NCBI GenBank assembly: GCA_964494885.1
Contig: CAZBTH010000005.1
Location: 29,277-89,167 of the forward strand
Source: an uncultured Gammaproteobacteria bacterium
GTDB taxonomy: Bacteria; Patescibacteriota; Microgenomatia; UBA8517
Direction: 5' to 3'
DNA: 59,891 nt
Below are positions 45,405 through 54,930 of this stretch, one piece after another. The notes under the pieces are model-generated. The model did no database searches. It saw nothing but the letters and a program-made list of their open reading frames with translations, and was not told the DNA's origin. Made by a program: the position numbers and the translations under genes. How positions within the stretch are numbered: the first letter of the stretch is position 1; each line of letters starts with the position of its first letter.

Positions 45405-46765
45405 CGATTTGTAAATTGAAAGCCGTCAAATGAAGCCACTTTTGAAAATCCCCAGTTACCGACAGGGTTTAGTTTGACTTCTTCCCTGAATTTTTCCGGA
45501 GGATATTTTAAATAGTAAAGAGCAAAAATGTATGGCTGGGCATATCTATCCGTAACAAAACCACTTCTTTGTTTCTCAAAAATCTGCTTATATTCAAACT
45601 GCCAAGCACTGGCACTTTGTGTAGGATATTTGACAATAAAATCCTGAATATAAAATTCGAAGAATAGATAGTAGGCAATCACAGCAGCCGAGAAAATTAC
45701 AACACCAAATTTTTTGAAATTATCTTTCAAGAAATACACTCCAAAGGCAGAAATAATTGAAAAAGACGGAGCTGCCAGAAGAGCACGAAGAGCGTGGGGA
45801 GATTCTTTGGTAAGGGCGGCAGGGATCGGTGCCAAAAGCAACATTACCAAAGGAATAAAGTAGAATATTTTTTTGCTCTTAAAAATCGCAAATAGACCGA
45901 TAAGAATTAGGGGTAGCTCAAACCAATAAAGCTGCCCATGTCCCGGAATTTGACTCCTGGGATTCGTATCCCCTGTTGTAAAAAGGAATTTGGGGCTTAA
46001 GTGAAAAAAATAGTTTTTAACAAAATCCGTTTTACCGGTTATTTCTACCTGGGCAAATCGTGCTCCTCCCGTGTCATATTTATATAATCTGTAAACAGGT
46101 ATGAGACTTAATCCGAAAAGCAAAACTGAGATTAAAATTGGAAACAAATTTTTCTTTAATGCAGCTATATTATGAAATTTATATATAAAGAGAATTGCCA
46201 ACCAAATAGGAACAATTATCCGAAAAGAATTATAACTATAGAACGATAAGATAAATCCGATTACCGAGACAGAGATCAAATATCTGTTTTTATCGATGAA
46301 AAGAAACAGATAGGTGGAGAGCAAAAAGAAAAAGAGTCCGGCGGTGGCTTCGTAGCCGGTCCTCGAAAATATAAAAAACCAAGGTGAAAAACTAAGGATA
46401 AAAGCGGAAAGAATCGCTGTTCCTTCTTTGCCTGTAATTTTTTTGACAAGCCAGTAAACAATGATAAGAGTTCCCAAAGAATATAAAACGGCAGGAAGTC
46501 TGACCGCATATTCATTAAGCCCGATCGCTTTTACAAAAACAACTACGCTATAAATATAAACCGGAAGTTTAAATTCTCCGAAAGCGCGGAAATGTAAGGG
46601 TAATTTATCTCCCCACTCGTCTTTTAGGTCGGTCGCGATCGAATACGCGTTGTAGCCGATCGAGGCTTCATCCCAATAAACCGATACCGGAATTTCGGCT
46701 ATCTTATAAAGCCTGGAAACCAGAAAAAGAAATAATACAAACGCAAGGATTAAATTATTTCGCAT
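45401..46765 (-). CDS. GT-C membrane glycosyltransferase (ArnT/PMT-like), tandem paralog 2 of 5
   Basis: VYWDEASIGYNAYSIATDLKDEWGDKLPLHFRAFGEFKLPVYIY, and YAQPYIFALYYLKYPPEKF near the C-terminus. Confidence 0.9.
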   Translation of the reverse strand: MRNNLILAFVLFLFLVSRLYKIAEIPVSVYWDEASIGYNAYSIATDLKDEWGDKLPLHFRAFGEFKLPVYIYSVVVFVKAIGLNEYAVRLPAVLYSLGTLIIVYWLVKKITGKEGTAILSAFILSFSPWFFIFSRTGYEATAGLFFFLLSTYLFLFIDKNRYLISVSVIGFILSFYSYNSFRIIVPIWLAILFIYKFHNIAALKKNLFPILISVLLFGLSLIPVYRLYKYDTGGARFAQVEITGKTDFVKNYFFHLSPKFLFTTGDTNPRSQIPGHGQLYWFELPLILIGLFAIFKSKKIFYFIPLVMLLLAPIPAALTKESPHALRALLAAPSFSIISAFGVYFLKDNFKKFGVVIFSAAVIAYYLFFEFYIQDFIVKYPTQSASAWQFEYKQIFEKQRSGFVTDRYAQPYIFALYYLKYPPEKFREEVKLNPVGNWGFSKVASFDGFQFTNR

Positions 46766-48425
46766 TTTTTTCTACAACTTCGAAAGCCCGATTGCCATTA
46801 AGGAAATCGACAATCAAAAGTCTGGGCAAATTATCGGAAAAATCTCCCTGTTTACCAATAAACAATATTTTCTTCCCCGGATTGGCATTCACAATATCCT
46901 GATAACGGGTACCGGTATCTCCCAGATCGGGAAAGTAAAACTTATCAAACTTCAAAACCCATATCCACTGATAGGCTTCAAAGCGATCCAAATTAGGATC
47001 ATCCCGATAACTTCCCGGGTTCCAGTTCAGAAAAAAGAGGGTAAACATATGGGGTTCGCCATAAGCCCGACTGAAAACAATTAAATCGTAATTTTGGTAA
47101 TTATCTTTTACGAAAGACGCAACTTGTCTGTAACCATATTGCCAATCACGGGAATAAAACACAGGGTAATTATTATAATAATTGTTCAAATAACCTTTAA
47201 AACCAATCAGCAAGAATATTGCCGAAATCGCAACAATTATCCAACCCAAATATTTTTTTCTATTGAAAAATATGAATGTTTCGTAGAAACCAAGTGCTGT
47301 AAATATCTGATAAGGAATAATCGCCAGAATTGTTCTTAGAGCATTCGGAATACTATCTACAGTTGCCGCGACAGGGATAAATACCAAAAGCAACCAAGAA
47401 ACAAGAAGCCATCTCCATTTATTCTTACTTCTAAAAATGAAGTACAGACCAATCAAGATAAAGGGGGCCTGAATTGCATAAAGTTCCCCAATTCCCTGAA
47501 CATGGTGTTGTTTATGCCCTGCGCCATTTATAAAAAGAAAGTCGGGGGTAAAATGGCTCAGATAATTTCCTGTAAACACATAAACATAATGCGTAACTTT
47601 GTTATGAATGAGGCGCGGCAAGGGCTCAGGAAAGTGAGTACTGCCCCTTGCCTGATTCACTCTTTGTACAAAGCCGTGATCGTCTGTAATGCTTACGAGT
47701 TTTAGTCTGGCAGTTGCTTGTCCACTTATCATAAAGATTGCAAGCGGAATCATTGAGATAATAAAAATCGAAAGTCCCAGAATAAAGATCCTGAAATTCT
47801 TCAGGATTTCTTTTCGATAAATTATTAACAAGGTAAAAAGAAACAGCGGTGTAAAAACTCTGGCGGCATTATATGTATAAATTGAAATGATGAAAGGGAG
47901 TATCGACCATAGCCAATATTTTTTTTGTTTAAAACCGCGAGCAAAAAGCCATGCACCAATTACCACCCAAAAAACAGAAAAACTAGATTCGAATGAAGCC
48001 CTTGTCAGCTGTATATGCCAGGGGGATATTGCTAAGAGAAAAGAAGAAATGACGGCGATCCAATCATTTTCAAATAGTTCTTTTGTCAAAAAAAACAGGA
48101 ACAAAATAGTCAAAACTCCATAAATGATCGGCGTAATCCTGACACCAAATTCGTTGAGGCCGAATATTGCAATCGCCGGAATTGAGGCGTAAATCTGAGC
48201 CGGAAGTTTATATTCACCGTAAGCTTTAAAATGAACAGGCATGAATTTGCCCCATTCGTCTCTGCCGGTTTTGAGAATTGAATAGGCATTGTAACCGATT
48301 GAAACCTCATCCCAATTAAGTGCAGGGGGGTCTGATGTAACTTTGTAGAACCTCAAAGCAAAACCCAAAAGAACAACCAGCACCAAAGCGATTAATGCGA
48401 TTTTATCCTCTAATATTTTGAACAT
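46755..48425 (-). CDS. GT-C membrane glycosyltransferase (ArnT/PMT-like), tandem paralog 3 of 5
   Basis: LNWDEVSIGYNAYSILKTGRDEWGKFMPVHFKAYGEYKLPAQIY, and YGEPHMFTLFFLNWNPGSY near the C-terminus. Confidence 0.9.
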   Translation of the reverse strand: MFKILEDKIALIALVLVVLLGFALRFYKVTSDPPALNWDEVSIGYNAYSILKTGRDEWGKFMPVHFKAYGEYKLPAQIYASIPAIAIFGLNEFGVRITPIIYGVLTILFLFFLTKELFENDWIAVISSFLLAISPWHIQLTRASFESSFSVFWVVIGAWLFARGFKQKKYWLWSILPFIISIYTYNAARVFTPLFLFTLLIIYRKEILKNFRIFILGLSIFIISMIPLAIFMISGQATARLKLVSITDDHGFVQRVNQARGSTHFPEPLPRLIHNKVTHYVYVFTGNYLSHFTPDFLFINGAGHKQHHVQGIGELYAIQAPFILIGLYFIFRSKNKWRWLLVSWLLLVFIPVAATVDSIPNALRTILAIIPYQIFTALGFYETFIFFNRKKYLGWIIVAISAIFLLIGFKGYLNNYYNNYPVFYSRDWQYGYRQVASFVKDNYQNYDLIVFSRAYGEPHMFTLFFLNWNPGSYRDDPNLDRFEAYQWIWVLKFDKFYFPDLGDTGTRYQDIVNANPGKKILFIGKQGDFSDNLPRLLIVDFLNGNRAFEVVEKNAK

Positions 48426-48438
48426 ATTGTTTGTAGTA

Positions 48439-49908
48439 CTATTTTCCTAAAACCAAAAAGTGCCAAAAAAATGGAAAATACATCCTTGAGAGCGGGGTCG
48501 TCGAGACCATTGGACAAGTTTTACTTTGGCACTCGAGTTCATAAGCATTGTAAATATATTTAATATTAAACCACATTCCGGTAGCAACTATTACCACAAT
48601 AACCAAACGGGATATTACTTTAAGCCAGTCCTTGTTAAAAATTGTATCAGCCAAAGACGGCAGCATTAATGACGAAAAAACAGTTCTATATGTTAACGTC
48701 TCAACCCTGGGCCTAAAAGCATTAACAAGAAGCATCCTGTTGCCAAGTAGCATTCCGGCCGCAAAAAAAGTGGTAAAAAAATCAGCTTTCTTGACCAAAT
48801 ACTCTATTCCCCAAGCCCCCAAAATCGCCAAAAACGGATAACTGGGGTATCTGTACCACGCAAGGAGGTCGCTTTCCCCTCCTGTAAACATCACAACAGC
48901 AACCGAGAAGATAAAGGGGATTGTAACAAACCGTTGAATACCTTCTTTTGCAGTAAAGATAAAATAAACGGCAGATATTAAACAAAACACAAACCAACTG
49001 TCCCGAAAAACAACAGTATCAACCCCGGGTGTAATAAAATACCACGCTAAACTTCCGAACCCCGTAGGACGTTGAGATTGAACACCGTAAATAATTTTAA
49101 AAATCTCCGCATCGTAATGCATACCGTATAGAAAAAACGCAACAATAAAAGGAATGCTGGCTATAATCAGATACAAACAATACCTAATAGCCGTTTTGGT
49201 TTTGCCGATTTTGTAGAGTTTTTCGAATGTAAAATACAAGGCCAGTAGGATAAGTAAATAACCGGTAGGTTTAGATAGTCCCGCAATACCGGCAACTAAA
49301 GGTATCGGCGCAATGTACCAAAAATTTGGTTTTTGCCAAAATAGCATTAATAGATAAACCATAAGAGTTAGCAAAAATGCAATCAAGGTTTCCGGCATCG
49401 CCAGTCTTGCAGCAAAAACCATAATCGGCACTGTTCCGTAAATAAGCATTGCCAAAACACCCCGCCAAAACCCCCCGATTTTTTTCGCAATCAGGAAAAT
49501 AAAGATTGACGTAAGCGTACTTATTAAAACCGTGGGTATTCTTATATACGAAGACGGGATAAAGTCATTCCTGTTGGCTCCATATAAATGAGCAAACCAA
49601 CCCACCAAAAGCGAAAAAAGTGGCGGTTCATCAAGCCATGGCTTATAAAGTGTAACCGATGCTCTGGGGGAGCCACCCTTATAATTAACCTCTCCTTTAT
49701 AGACCTCTGAACGGACAGGATACGGAAGTGTAGACCACGAAACAGGCACCCCCGTTTCAACCAAGTTTATTCCGCTCCAAGCATACAATTGTTCATCCAA
49801 GTGGTTAGCGGTGGGAACTCTTTCATAATTGTGGGCTCGGAGAATAAAGGTAAATATCAAAACTATTAAAAAAAGGGCCGTTTTAAAAAGGGGTAGTTTA
49901 TTTAGCAT
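48439..49908 (-). CDS. GT-C-like polytopic membrane glycosyltransferase (more divergent member of the tandem array)
   Basis: The first loop is NHLDEQLYAWSGINLVETGVPVSWS, followed by about 12 TM. It has no large soluble domain. Confidence 0.8.
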   Translation of the reverse strand: MLNKLPLFKTALFLIVLIFTFILRAHNYERVPTANHLDEQLYAWSGINLVETGVPVSWSTLPYPVRSEVYKGEVNYKGGSPRASVTLYKPWLDEPPLFSLLVGWFAHLYGANRNDFIPSSYIRIPTVLISTLTSIFIFLIAKKIGGFWRGVLAMLIYGTVPIMVFAARLAMPETLIAFLLTLMVYLLMLFWQKPNFWYIAPIPLVAGIAGLSKPTGYLLILLALYFTFEKLYKIGKTKTAIRYCLYLIIASIPFIVAFFLYGMHYDAEIFKIIYGVQSQRPTGFGSLAWYFITPGVDTVVFRDSWFVFCLISAVYFIFTAKEGIQRFVTIPFIFSVAVVMFTGGESDLLAWYRYPSYPFLAILGAWGIEYLVKKADFFTTFFAAGMLLGNRMLLVNAFRPRVETLTYRTVFSSLMLPSLADTIFNKDWLKVISRLVIVVIVATGMWFNIKYIYNAYELECQSKTCPMVSTTPLSRMYFPFFWHFLVLGK

Positions 49909-51316
49909 TGTCTATTCTCACGTTTCCATAGATTTTCGGAAAAGTTCCATATTGCTTAATAACTAAATTGGGGTCGACTTTCGCATAGACCTCATATGCG
50001 TACTCAATATTGTCAATCTTTTTTGTTGATAAAGTAATCACCTTGCCGTTGTCTTTATTATTAATTGCCGATAAAGATGCAATTTTGGCCTCGTAAGACC
50101 AAAATGAAGCAAATTTACCGGGTGCTAAAAAGTAGACCCTTTGCAGCACAAAAACCGATTGGATTAATATAATAGCAACAAAAAAATAAGCTAATTTTCT
50201 TGAAAGATTCGAAAGTGCATACGAAGTTATGAGAATAAAAGGAGGAAGCATTAGAGCGTTCCTTAATCCGTGAGCCTGACCCAAAAACATGGTTGCAAGC
50301 GGCGTAATTAGGATCCACGCTCCTACCAAAACTAACTTTCTCTTTTCTCTATTCCAAAGAGTAATTAGCCCAATTAGAAGAAGTGGAAGTTCAGCCAAAT
50401 AAAACATTCCCCATTCCCCGGGATTATGAACCGGATTCCCATCCCCTCTCAAATATAAAAATTTTGGTGAAAGATTCTCTGTGTAAACGTCCAAAAGTAT
50501 ATGGAAATATTCGAACGGTTTATTGAAAAAAACAGGCTTTAGTAATACGGGAAGTGTCGAGAATGTCCTTTCAGCATTATTCAGCTGAATTATTTGTTCC
50601 CGAATATTCATATCAGATAATATATTTATCGTTAAAAACCGTCGTTCACTTAACCCCTTGAATGTCTCGTTAATTGTCAAACCACCAAAAACAACAAGGA
50701 TAACAACCGAAGCAATGAAAAATTTATTTCTAATTACTTTCTTAAATCCCCCAAACCAAATTAGAACAAAAAACATTAAAGGCAGAGTTAATTTAAAGGT
50801 GGGATATGTAAAGATTGTGAGTCCCCAAGCAATTGCCCAGAGGATATATTTTTTGTAAAGGTAAGAGACTATACCTAAAAGGGCCAAAAATAGGGCAAAA
50901 TGCGCTTCAAAACCACCACGAGCAAGGTATATGTCCCAAAGAGAAATCGAAGTGATAAAACATGCGATCAATCCTGTTTTTTCATTAAACAATTTCTTTC
51001 CCAGGAAATACATTAGGGCTATTATTCCCAACGAAGAAAGAATGGATAAGCTCCTTACCCCCCACTCCGTAGGACCAAAAAGATATACAAAAGGAACAGA
51101 TGCATAAATATACCCTCCAGGGCGCCCTGACCCCATCTGAAATGTGACAGGTAACTTTGTACCTGTGGAGTCCATGCCGGTTTTCATTATGGAATAGGTG
51201 TCTAGTGCAATTGTCAGTTCATCGCCGTACATGGGGAGGGCTGTAATTCTATAAATCCTGAGAATCAATCCCATGATTACTATTCCGAGAAGAATAAGAA
51301 TGGATTTGCGGACCAT
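49898..51316 (-). CDS. GT-C membrane glycosyltransferase (ArnT/PMT-like), tandem paralog 5 of 5
   Basis: MYGDELTIALDTYSIMKTGMDSTGTKLPVTFQMGSGRPGGYIY aligns with the WDE...G.DE.G...P..F loop of the three paralogs downstream. The track start at 51337 is TTG. ATG 51316 (MVRKSILILLG) is preferred. Confidence 0.85.
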   Translation of the reverse strand: MVRKSILILLGIVIMGLILRIYRITALPMYGDELTIALDTYSIMKTGMDSTGTKLPVTFQMGSGRPGGYIYASVPFVYLFGPTEWGVRSLSILSSLGIIALMYFLGKKLFNEKTGLIACFITSISLWDIYLARGGFEAHFALFLALLGIVSYLYKKYILWAIAWGLTIFTYPTFKLTLPLMFFVLIWFGGFKKVIRNKFFIASVVILVVFGGLTINETFKGLSERRFLTINILSDMNIREQIIQLNNAERTFSTLPVLLKPVFFNKPFEYFHILLDVYTENLSPKFLYLRGDGNPVHNPGEWGMFYLAELPLLLIGLITLWNREKRKLVLVGAWILITPLATMFLGQAHGLRNALMLPPFILITSYALSNLSRKLAYFFVAIILIQSVFVLQRVYFLAPGKFASFWSYEAKIASLSAINNKDNGKVITLSTKKIDNIEYAYEVYAKVDPNLVIKQYGTFPKIYGNVRIDNAK

Positions 51317-51322
51317 ATAACC

Positions 51323-51330
51323 ATTATAAT
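51323..51330. promoter_or_regulatory. Palindromic ATTATAAT that can serve as a -10 box in both directions in a 20-bp divergent intergenic region
   Basis: Read directly: CAT-ataacc-ATTATAAT-ttagca-ATG. On the plus strand, TATAAT (51325..51330) lies 6 nt before ATG 51337. On the minus strand, TATAAT (51328..51323) lies 6 nt before ATG 51316. Confidence 0.45.
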
Positions 51331-51336
51331 TTAGCA

Positions 51337-53241
51337 ATGGAGAAAATACTAATGGGAAGCATAGTGGGTTTTGTTGCTTTCACTTCGATCTCCTATATTT
51401 TGATAGTTTTAAATGTCCCCTTTTTAATCATTCCATTTACCGTTCTCGGAGTAGTTTTTGCATACAGGCCGTTAGTCGGAACGGTTAGACAGATCAAATT
51501 CAGGTGGAACGCGCAAACTTGGCTGATTTTGGCTGTTTTTGTCATTGGAATTTTAGGACAACTTGCAGTAATTTCCCCAAGCGGTGTTTTCCAAAACGGC
51601 AATTTGGTTTTTTGGTCGGCTCACGGTCACGACGGTGTGTGGCATATAGCTCTTATGGAAGAATTCAAAAAAGGATACCCCTTTCAAGACCCGTCATTTG
51701 CGGGTGAGAAACTTGTTAACTACCACTTTTTCTCCGACATTGCCCCTGCTATGGTTTCCAAGTATCTACCAATTTCGGATCTTGATTTATATTTCAGGAT
51801 ATTTCCGTTAATTTATTCAATATTCCTTGGTGCTTCCGCTTTTTATCTGACCAGAAAGATCACAAATAGTTTTAGCGCTTCTCTTTGGGCTACTGTTTTT
51901 ACATATTTTGCAGGAAGTTTCGGGTTCATTGTCACCTACTTAAAAAATAAAACAATCGGCGGAGAAAGTATTTTTTGGGCGACACAACCTCAAAGTTCAA
52001 GCGGAAATCCGCCTCAAATTGTTTCCAATTTCCTCCTTTTAACTTCCCTCTATTTTTTAATCACATATTTGCAAAAAAAGAAAAGTAAATTGATGTTTGC
52101 AATTTGTGTACTTCTAATAGGAACCGTTTCCGCTTTCAAAATATATGCAGGTGTAGTCCTCCTGGGTGCCCTAGGAATAGCCGGTCTTTGGCAATTAATC
52201 AGAGATCATAATTTCGGATTACTTTTGATAACTTTTTTCAGTGGGATATTGGCGGCACTTTTGTATTTCCCCAATTCCTCCGGCTCGACCTCTTTTTTGA
52301 TATTCCAACCTTGGTGGTATATAAGAACAATGGTGGTAGAACCGTCACGATTAAATCTAATCGACTGGGAACTTAGACGTCAAACATATATTTCGGTCGG
52401 TAGAATTACTTCTTATTTAAGAGTAATTCAACTTGAAGGAACGGCATTTTTGATATTCTTTTTTGGTAATCTTGGTATGCGTTTCCTCGGGCTTTGGGAC
52501 ATGGTCAAAATGTCAAAAAATTCTTTAAAAAATTATTTCAATTTAATGTTTGTACTTATTATCGTTATTTCTTTAATACTACCGTTACTATTCTTGCAAA
52601 AAGGCGTTGCCAGCAATACCAGCCAATTTTTGCAATACTTTGTATTACTTTTTGGAATATTGGCAGGAATAACAACTGCGAAAATACTGTCAAAGGTGAA
52701 GACACCGATACGCATTATAGTTACTGCCTTAATGATACTGATGACAATTCCTACTCAAGCCGGACTCTTGTATGAATTTTACGGACCCCTAAATCACCCC
52801 AGATCCCCCTTCGCTCAAATTACTAAGGAGGAGCTGATTGCTCTAAAATTTATAAAGGAAAACACTGCCGATAGCGATGTCATAATAACCCCTCCATACA
52901 ACCAATACCTTAACTTGGGGGGGTCTACACCAAATATTTGGGACTGGTTCGACACATCATATATTGCTGCTCTATCAGCACGAAGAACTTATATGGACGA
53001 TTACGAACAAGCAGACATCATGGGGTATGATTACAAACCGAGACTGGAGATAAAAAAGATAATATTTGAAAGTGATAATAGCACCGAAGTTAAAGCTGCT
53101 TTAGCCAAAACAAATGCTAATCTAATTTATTTCCCTATAGCAGAAAAGCCAAAAGTTAATCTGAATGAAATCGGTCTATCTATGGTTTTTGAAAACCAAA
53201 GCGTGCAGATTTGGGATACAAAAATACACAAAAATTATTAA
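51337..53241 (+). CDS. Polytopic membrane protein, 'DGVWH' family, paralog of 56710..58356; putative GT-C-like
   Basis: AHGHDGVWHIALMEEFKKGYPFQDPSFAGEKLVNYHFFSDI aligns with LARDGVWHEALVGQLLGGVPPQNPGFAGQVLTNYHYFFDI in the paralog. About 14 TM, then a ~150-aa C-terminal soluble domain ending FENQSVQIWDTK. Confidence 0.85.
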   Translation: MEKILMGSIVGFVAFTSISYILIVLNVPFLIIPFTVLGVVFAYRPLVGTVRQIKFRWNAQTWLILAVFVIGILGQLAVISPSGVFQNGNLVFWSAHGHDGVWHIALMEEFKKGYPFQDPSFAGEKLVNYHFFSDIAPAMVSKYLPISDLDLYFRIFPLIYSIFLGASAFYLTRKITNSFSASLWATVFTYFAGSFGFIVTYLKNKTIGGESIFWATQPQSSSGNPPQIVSNFLLLTSLYFLITYLQKKKSKLMFAICVLLIGTVSAFKIYAGVVLLGALGIAGLWQLIRDHNFGLLLITFFSGILAALLYFPNSSGSTSFLIFQPWWYIRTMVVEPSRLNLIDWELRRQTYISVGRITSYLRVIQLEGTAFLIFFFGNLGMRFLGLWDMVKMSKNSLKNYFNLMFVLIIVISLILPLLFLQKGVASNTSQFLQYFVLLFGILAGITTAKILSKVKTPIRIIVTALMILMTIPTQAGLLYEFYGPLNHPRSPFAQITKEELIALKFIKENTADSDVIITPPYNQYLNLGGSTPNIWDWFDTSYIAALSARRTYMDDYEQADIMGYDYKPRLEIKKIIFESDNSTEVKAALAKTNANLIYFPIAEKPKVNLNEIGLSMVFENQSVQIWDTKIHKNY

Positions 53242-54930
53242 CCACAAGACAATAAACGTCAACGTGACGGCATTAAACAAACGCTCTATTTTAGACTGAA
53301 CGACATTCCAACTAATTTCATTATTGCCTTCAATAAAATCATTTATCGCAAAGCAGACCCTTCCTTCACAATCGGAGTAGACTTGGGTTTTTCCATTTAG
53401 AGTGAAGGCAAAAACACCGGGAAAATAGTCCAAATTTAATATTATTTTTTTATCTAAAATATCTTTTTTTTCAATCGTTAGCATTAAGGATCCGTATGTA
53501 CTCCCCCTTCTTATCTCTATATTTTGAACTATCAGGCCTGTGTCGGTTGATGCCACCGGTGTTTTGGGCGAACACTGTGCCAGTTTACCTGCGGGGAGCA
53601 CATTATCCTGAAACTGTGTTATGGAATTATGGCTGTAATTTAGTGTGCTCAAGTTTTCATAATAAATAAGAGTTTTTTGATATACTGGCTGAGGCAAAAG
53701 ATAATTCCGGTTTGCAATTATAGCCAGAGGTGGAATTACCAATATAATTAAATAGTAGATCGGTCTGTATTTTATTCTTGAAACCACGAACGCAAAAAGC
53801 GAGCTTAAAACGAATATTATTATTCCCAATATTCTCCAGGGAAACTGTATCGCCTGTAAAATGGTTATTTTTTCCCATATGAATCCGGACGACGACAGAT
53901 CAATAAATATAAACAACAACGACAATGTGGAGAACACGATAATCCATATGTTATCTAAAATAAATTTTCGGTTAAGTCTAAATTTTGAAAGATATATCCG
54001 ACACGCTAAATATACTAATGCCACGACCAGAACTATCCACTGTGCAAGTCCTATCTGAAACGACATGCCGTCTAATTTTGTCCCAATTGCCGAATCGCCA
54101 TATCCCCACGGCGAATACAGAAGTTGAGATAAAATAGGAAAGTGATCTTTATATGAAAATACAGGTATACCGATCTGTGTAAATTTCTCTTCAAGTAATG
54201 CAGGAAAAATAAAAAAGGCTCCAAAACCGATAATACTTAAATACGAAAATATCAGTAAAATAATTTCTTTTTTCTCTTTAACTTGTTTTAACAAAACTTT
54301 AGTCACTAAATATGCGGTTATTACAGATAGGCCCAACAGAAAAACAACGTTGTGGGCAATACTCAGTAAGCCACCCGAGACGGAAGCCAGAAATAAATAC
54401 AATATATATCGATTTTGTTTGCTACCAATGGCTAATGAATAAAAATAAAAAACAGCAGGAAGAATCGCATAAGCCAGATATTCAGGACTCCCCCTGACAT
54501 AAATCAGTGAAAATTTATAGGGTGCATACAAATATAAAAGTGATCCCACAAACGACACCAACCAATCTTTTGTTTCATTTTTTAACCACAAAAAGAAAAA
54601 CAGGCTCCCCATAAATAACGACAATAAACTAATTATTTTTATAGAATTCATAATATTTCCTGTTACAAACGTTAGACTTGCCGAAATATAGTAAAAAAGA
54701 GGATTAAAAAAATTATATATCGGTGTTCCGCACTCAAAATTTAATATTCCTGCCCACCTTAAAGGAAATTGACCCTCTTTTAACGTTCGAGTTGCATCCA
54801 GAGTTCTCACTAGATGGTGATCCAGATCGTGGGTTTGGTATATCGAATATTTAAACAGGCCCCTTCCCGCCCAAGCTGTCAAAACCGTAAGACCGATCAC
54901 AACTAAAAATATTCTTTTGAAGCTATTCAT
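53176..54930 (-). CDS. Polytopic membrane protein with a C-terminal beta-rich domain and a terminal TM anchor (YfhO-like architecture)
   Basis: The first loop is YQTHDLDHHLVRTLDATRTLKEGQFPLRWAGILNFECGTPIYNFFNPLFYY, followed by about 12 TM. The C-terminal segment LNLDYFPGVFAFTLNG... is followed by the helix AVTLTFIVLWLIIFVYF. The 3' end overlaps the convergent gene by 66 nt. Confidence 0.85.
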   Translation of the reverse strand: MNSFKRIFLVVIGLTVLTAWAGRGLFKYSIYQTHDLDHHLVRTLDATRTLKEGQFPLRWAGILNFECGTPIYNFFNPLFYYISASLTFVTGNIMNSIKIISLLSLFMGSLFFFLWLKNETKDWLVSFVGSLLYLYAPYKFSLIYVRGSPEYLAYAILPAVFYFYSLAIGSKQNRYILYLFLASVSGGLLSIAHNVVFLLGLSVITAYLVTKVLLKQVKEKKEIILLIFSYLSIIGFGAFFIFPALLEEKFTQIGIPVFSYKDHFPILSQLLYSPWGYGDSAIGTKLDGMSFQIGLAQWIVLVVALVYLACRIYLSKFRLNRKFILDNIWIIVFSTLSLLFIFIDLSSSGFIWEKITILQAIQFPWRILGIIIFVLSSLFAFVVSRIKYRPIYYLIILVIPPLAIIANRNYLLPQPVYQKTLIYYENLSTLNYSHNSITQFQDNVLPAGKLAQCSPKTPVASTDTGLIVQNIEIRRGSTYGSLMLTIEKKDILDKKIILNLDYFPGVFAFTLNGKTQVYSDCEGRVCFAINDFIEGNNEISWNVVQSKIERLFNAVTLTFIVLWLIIFVYFCIPNLHALVFKNHR

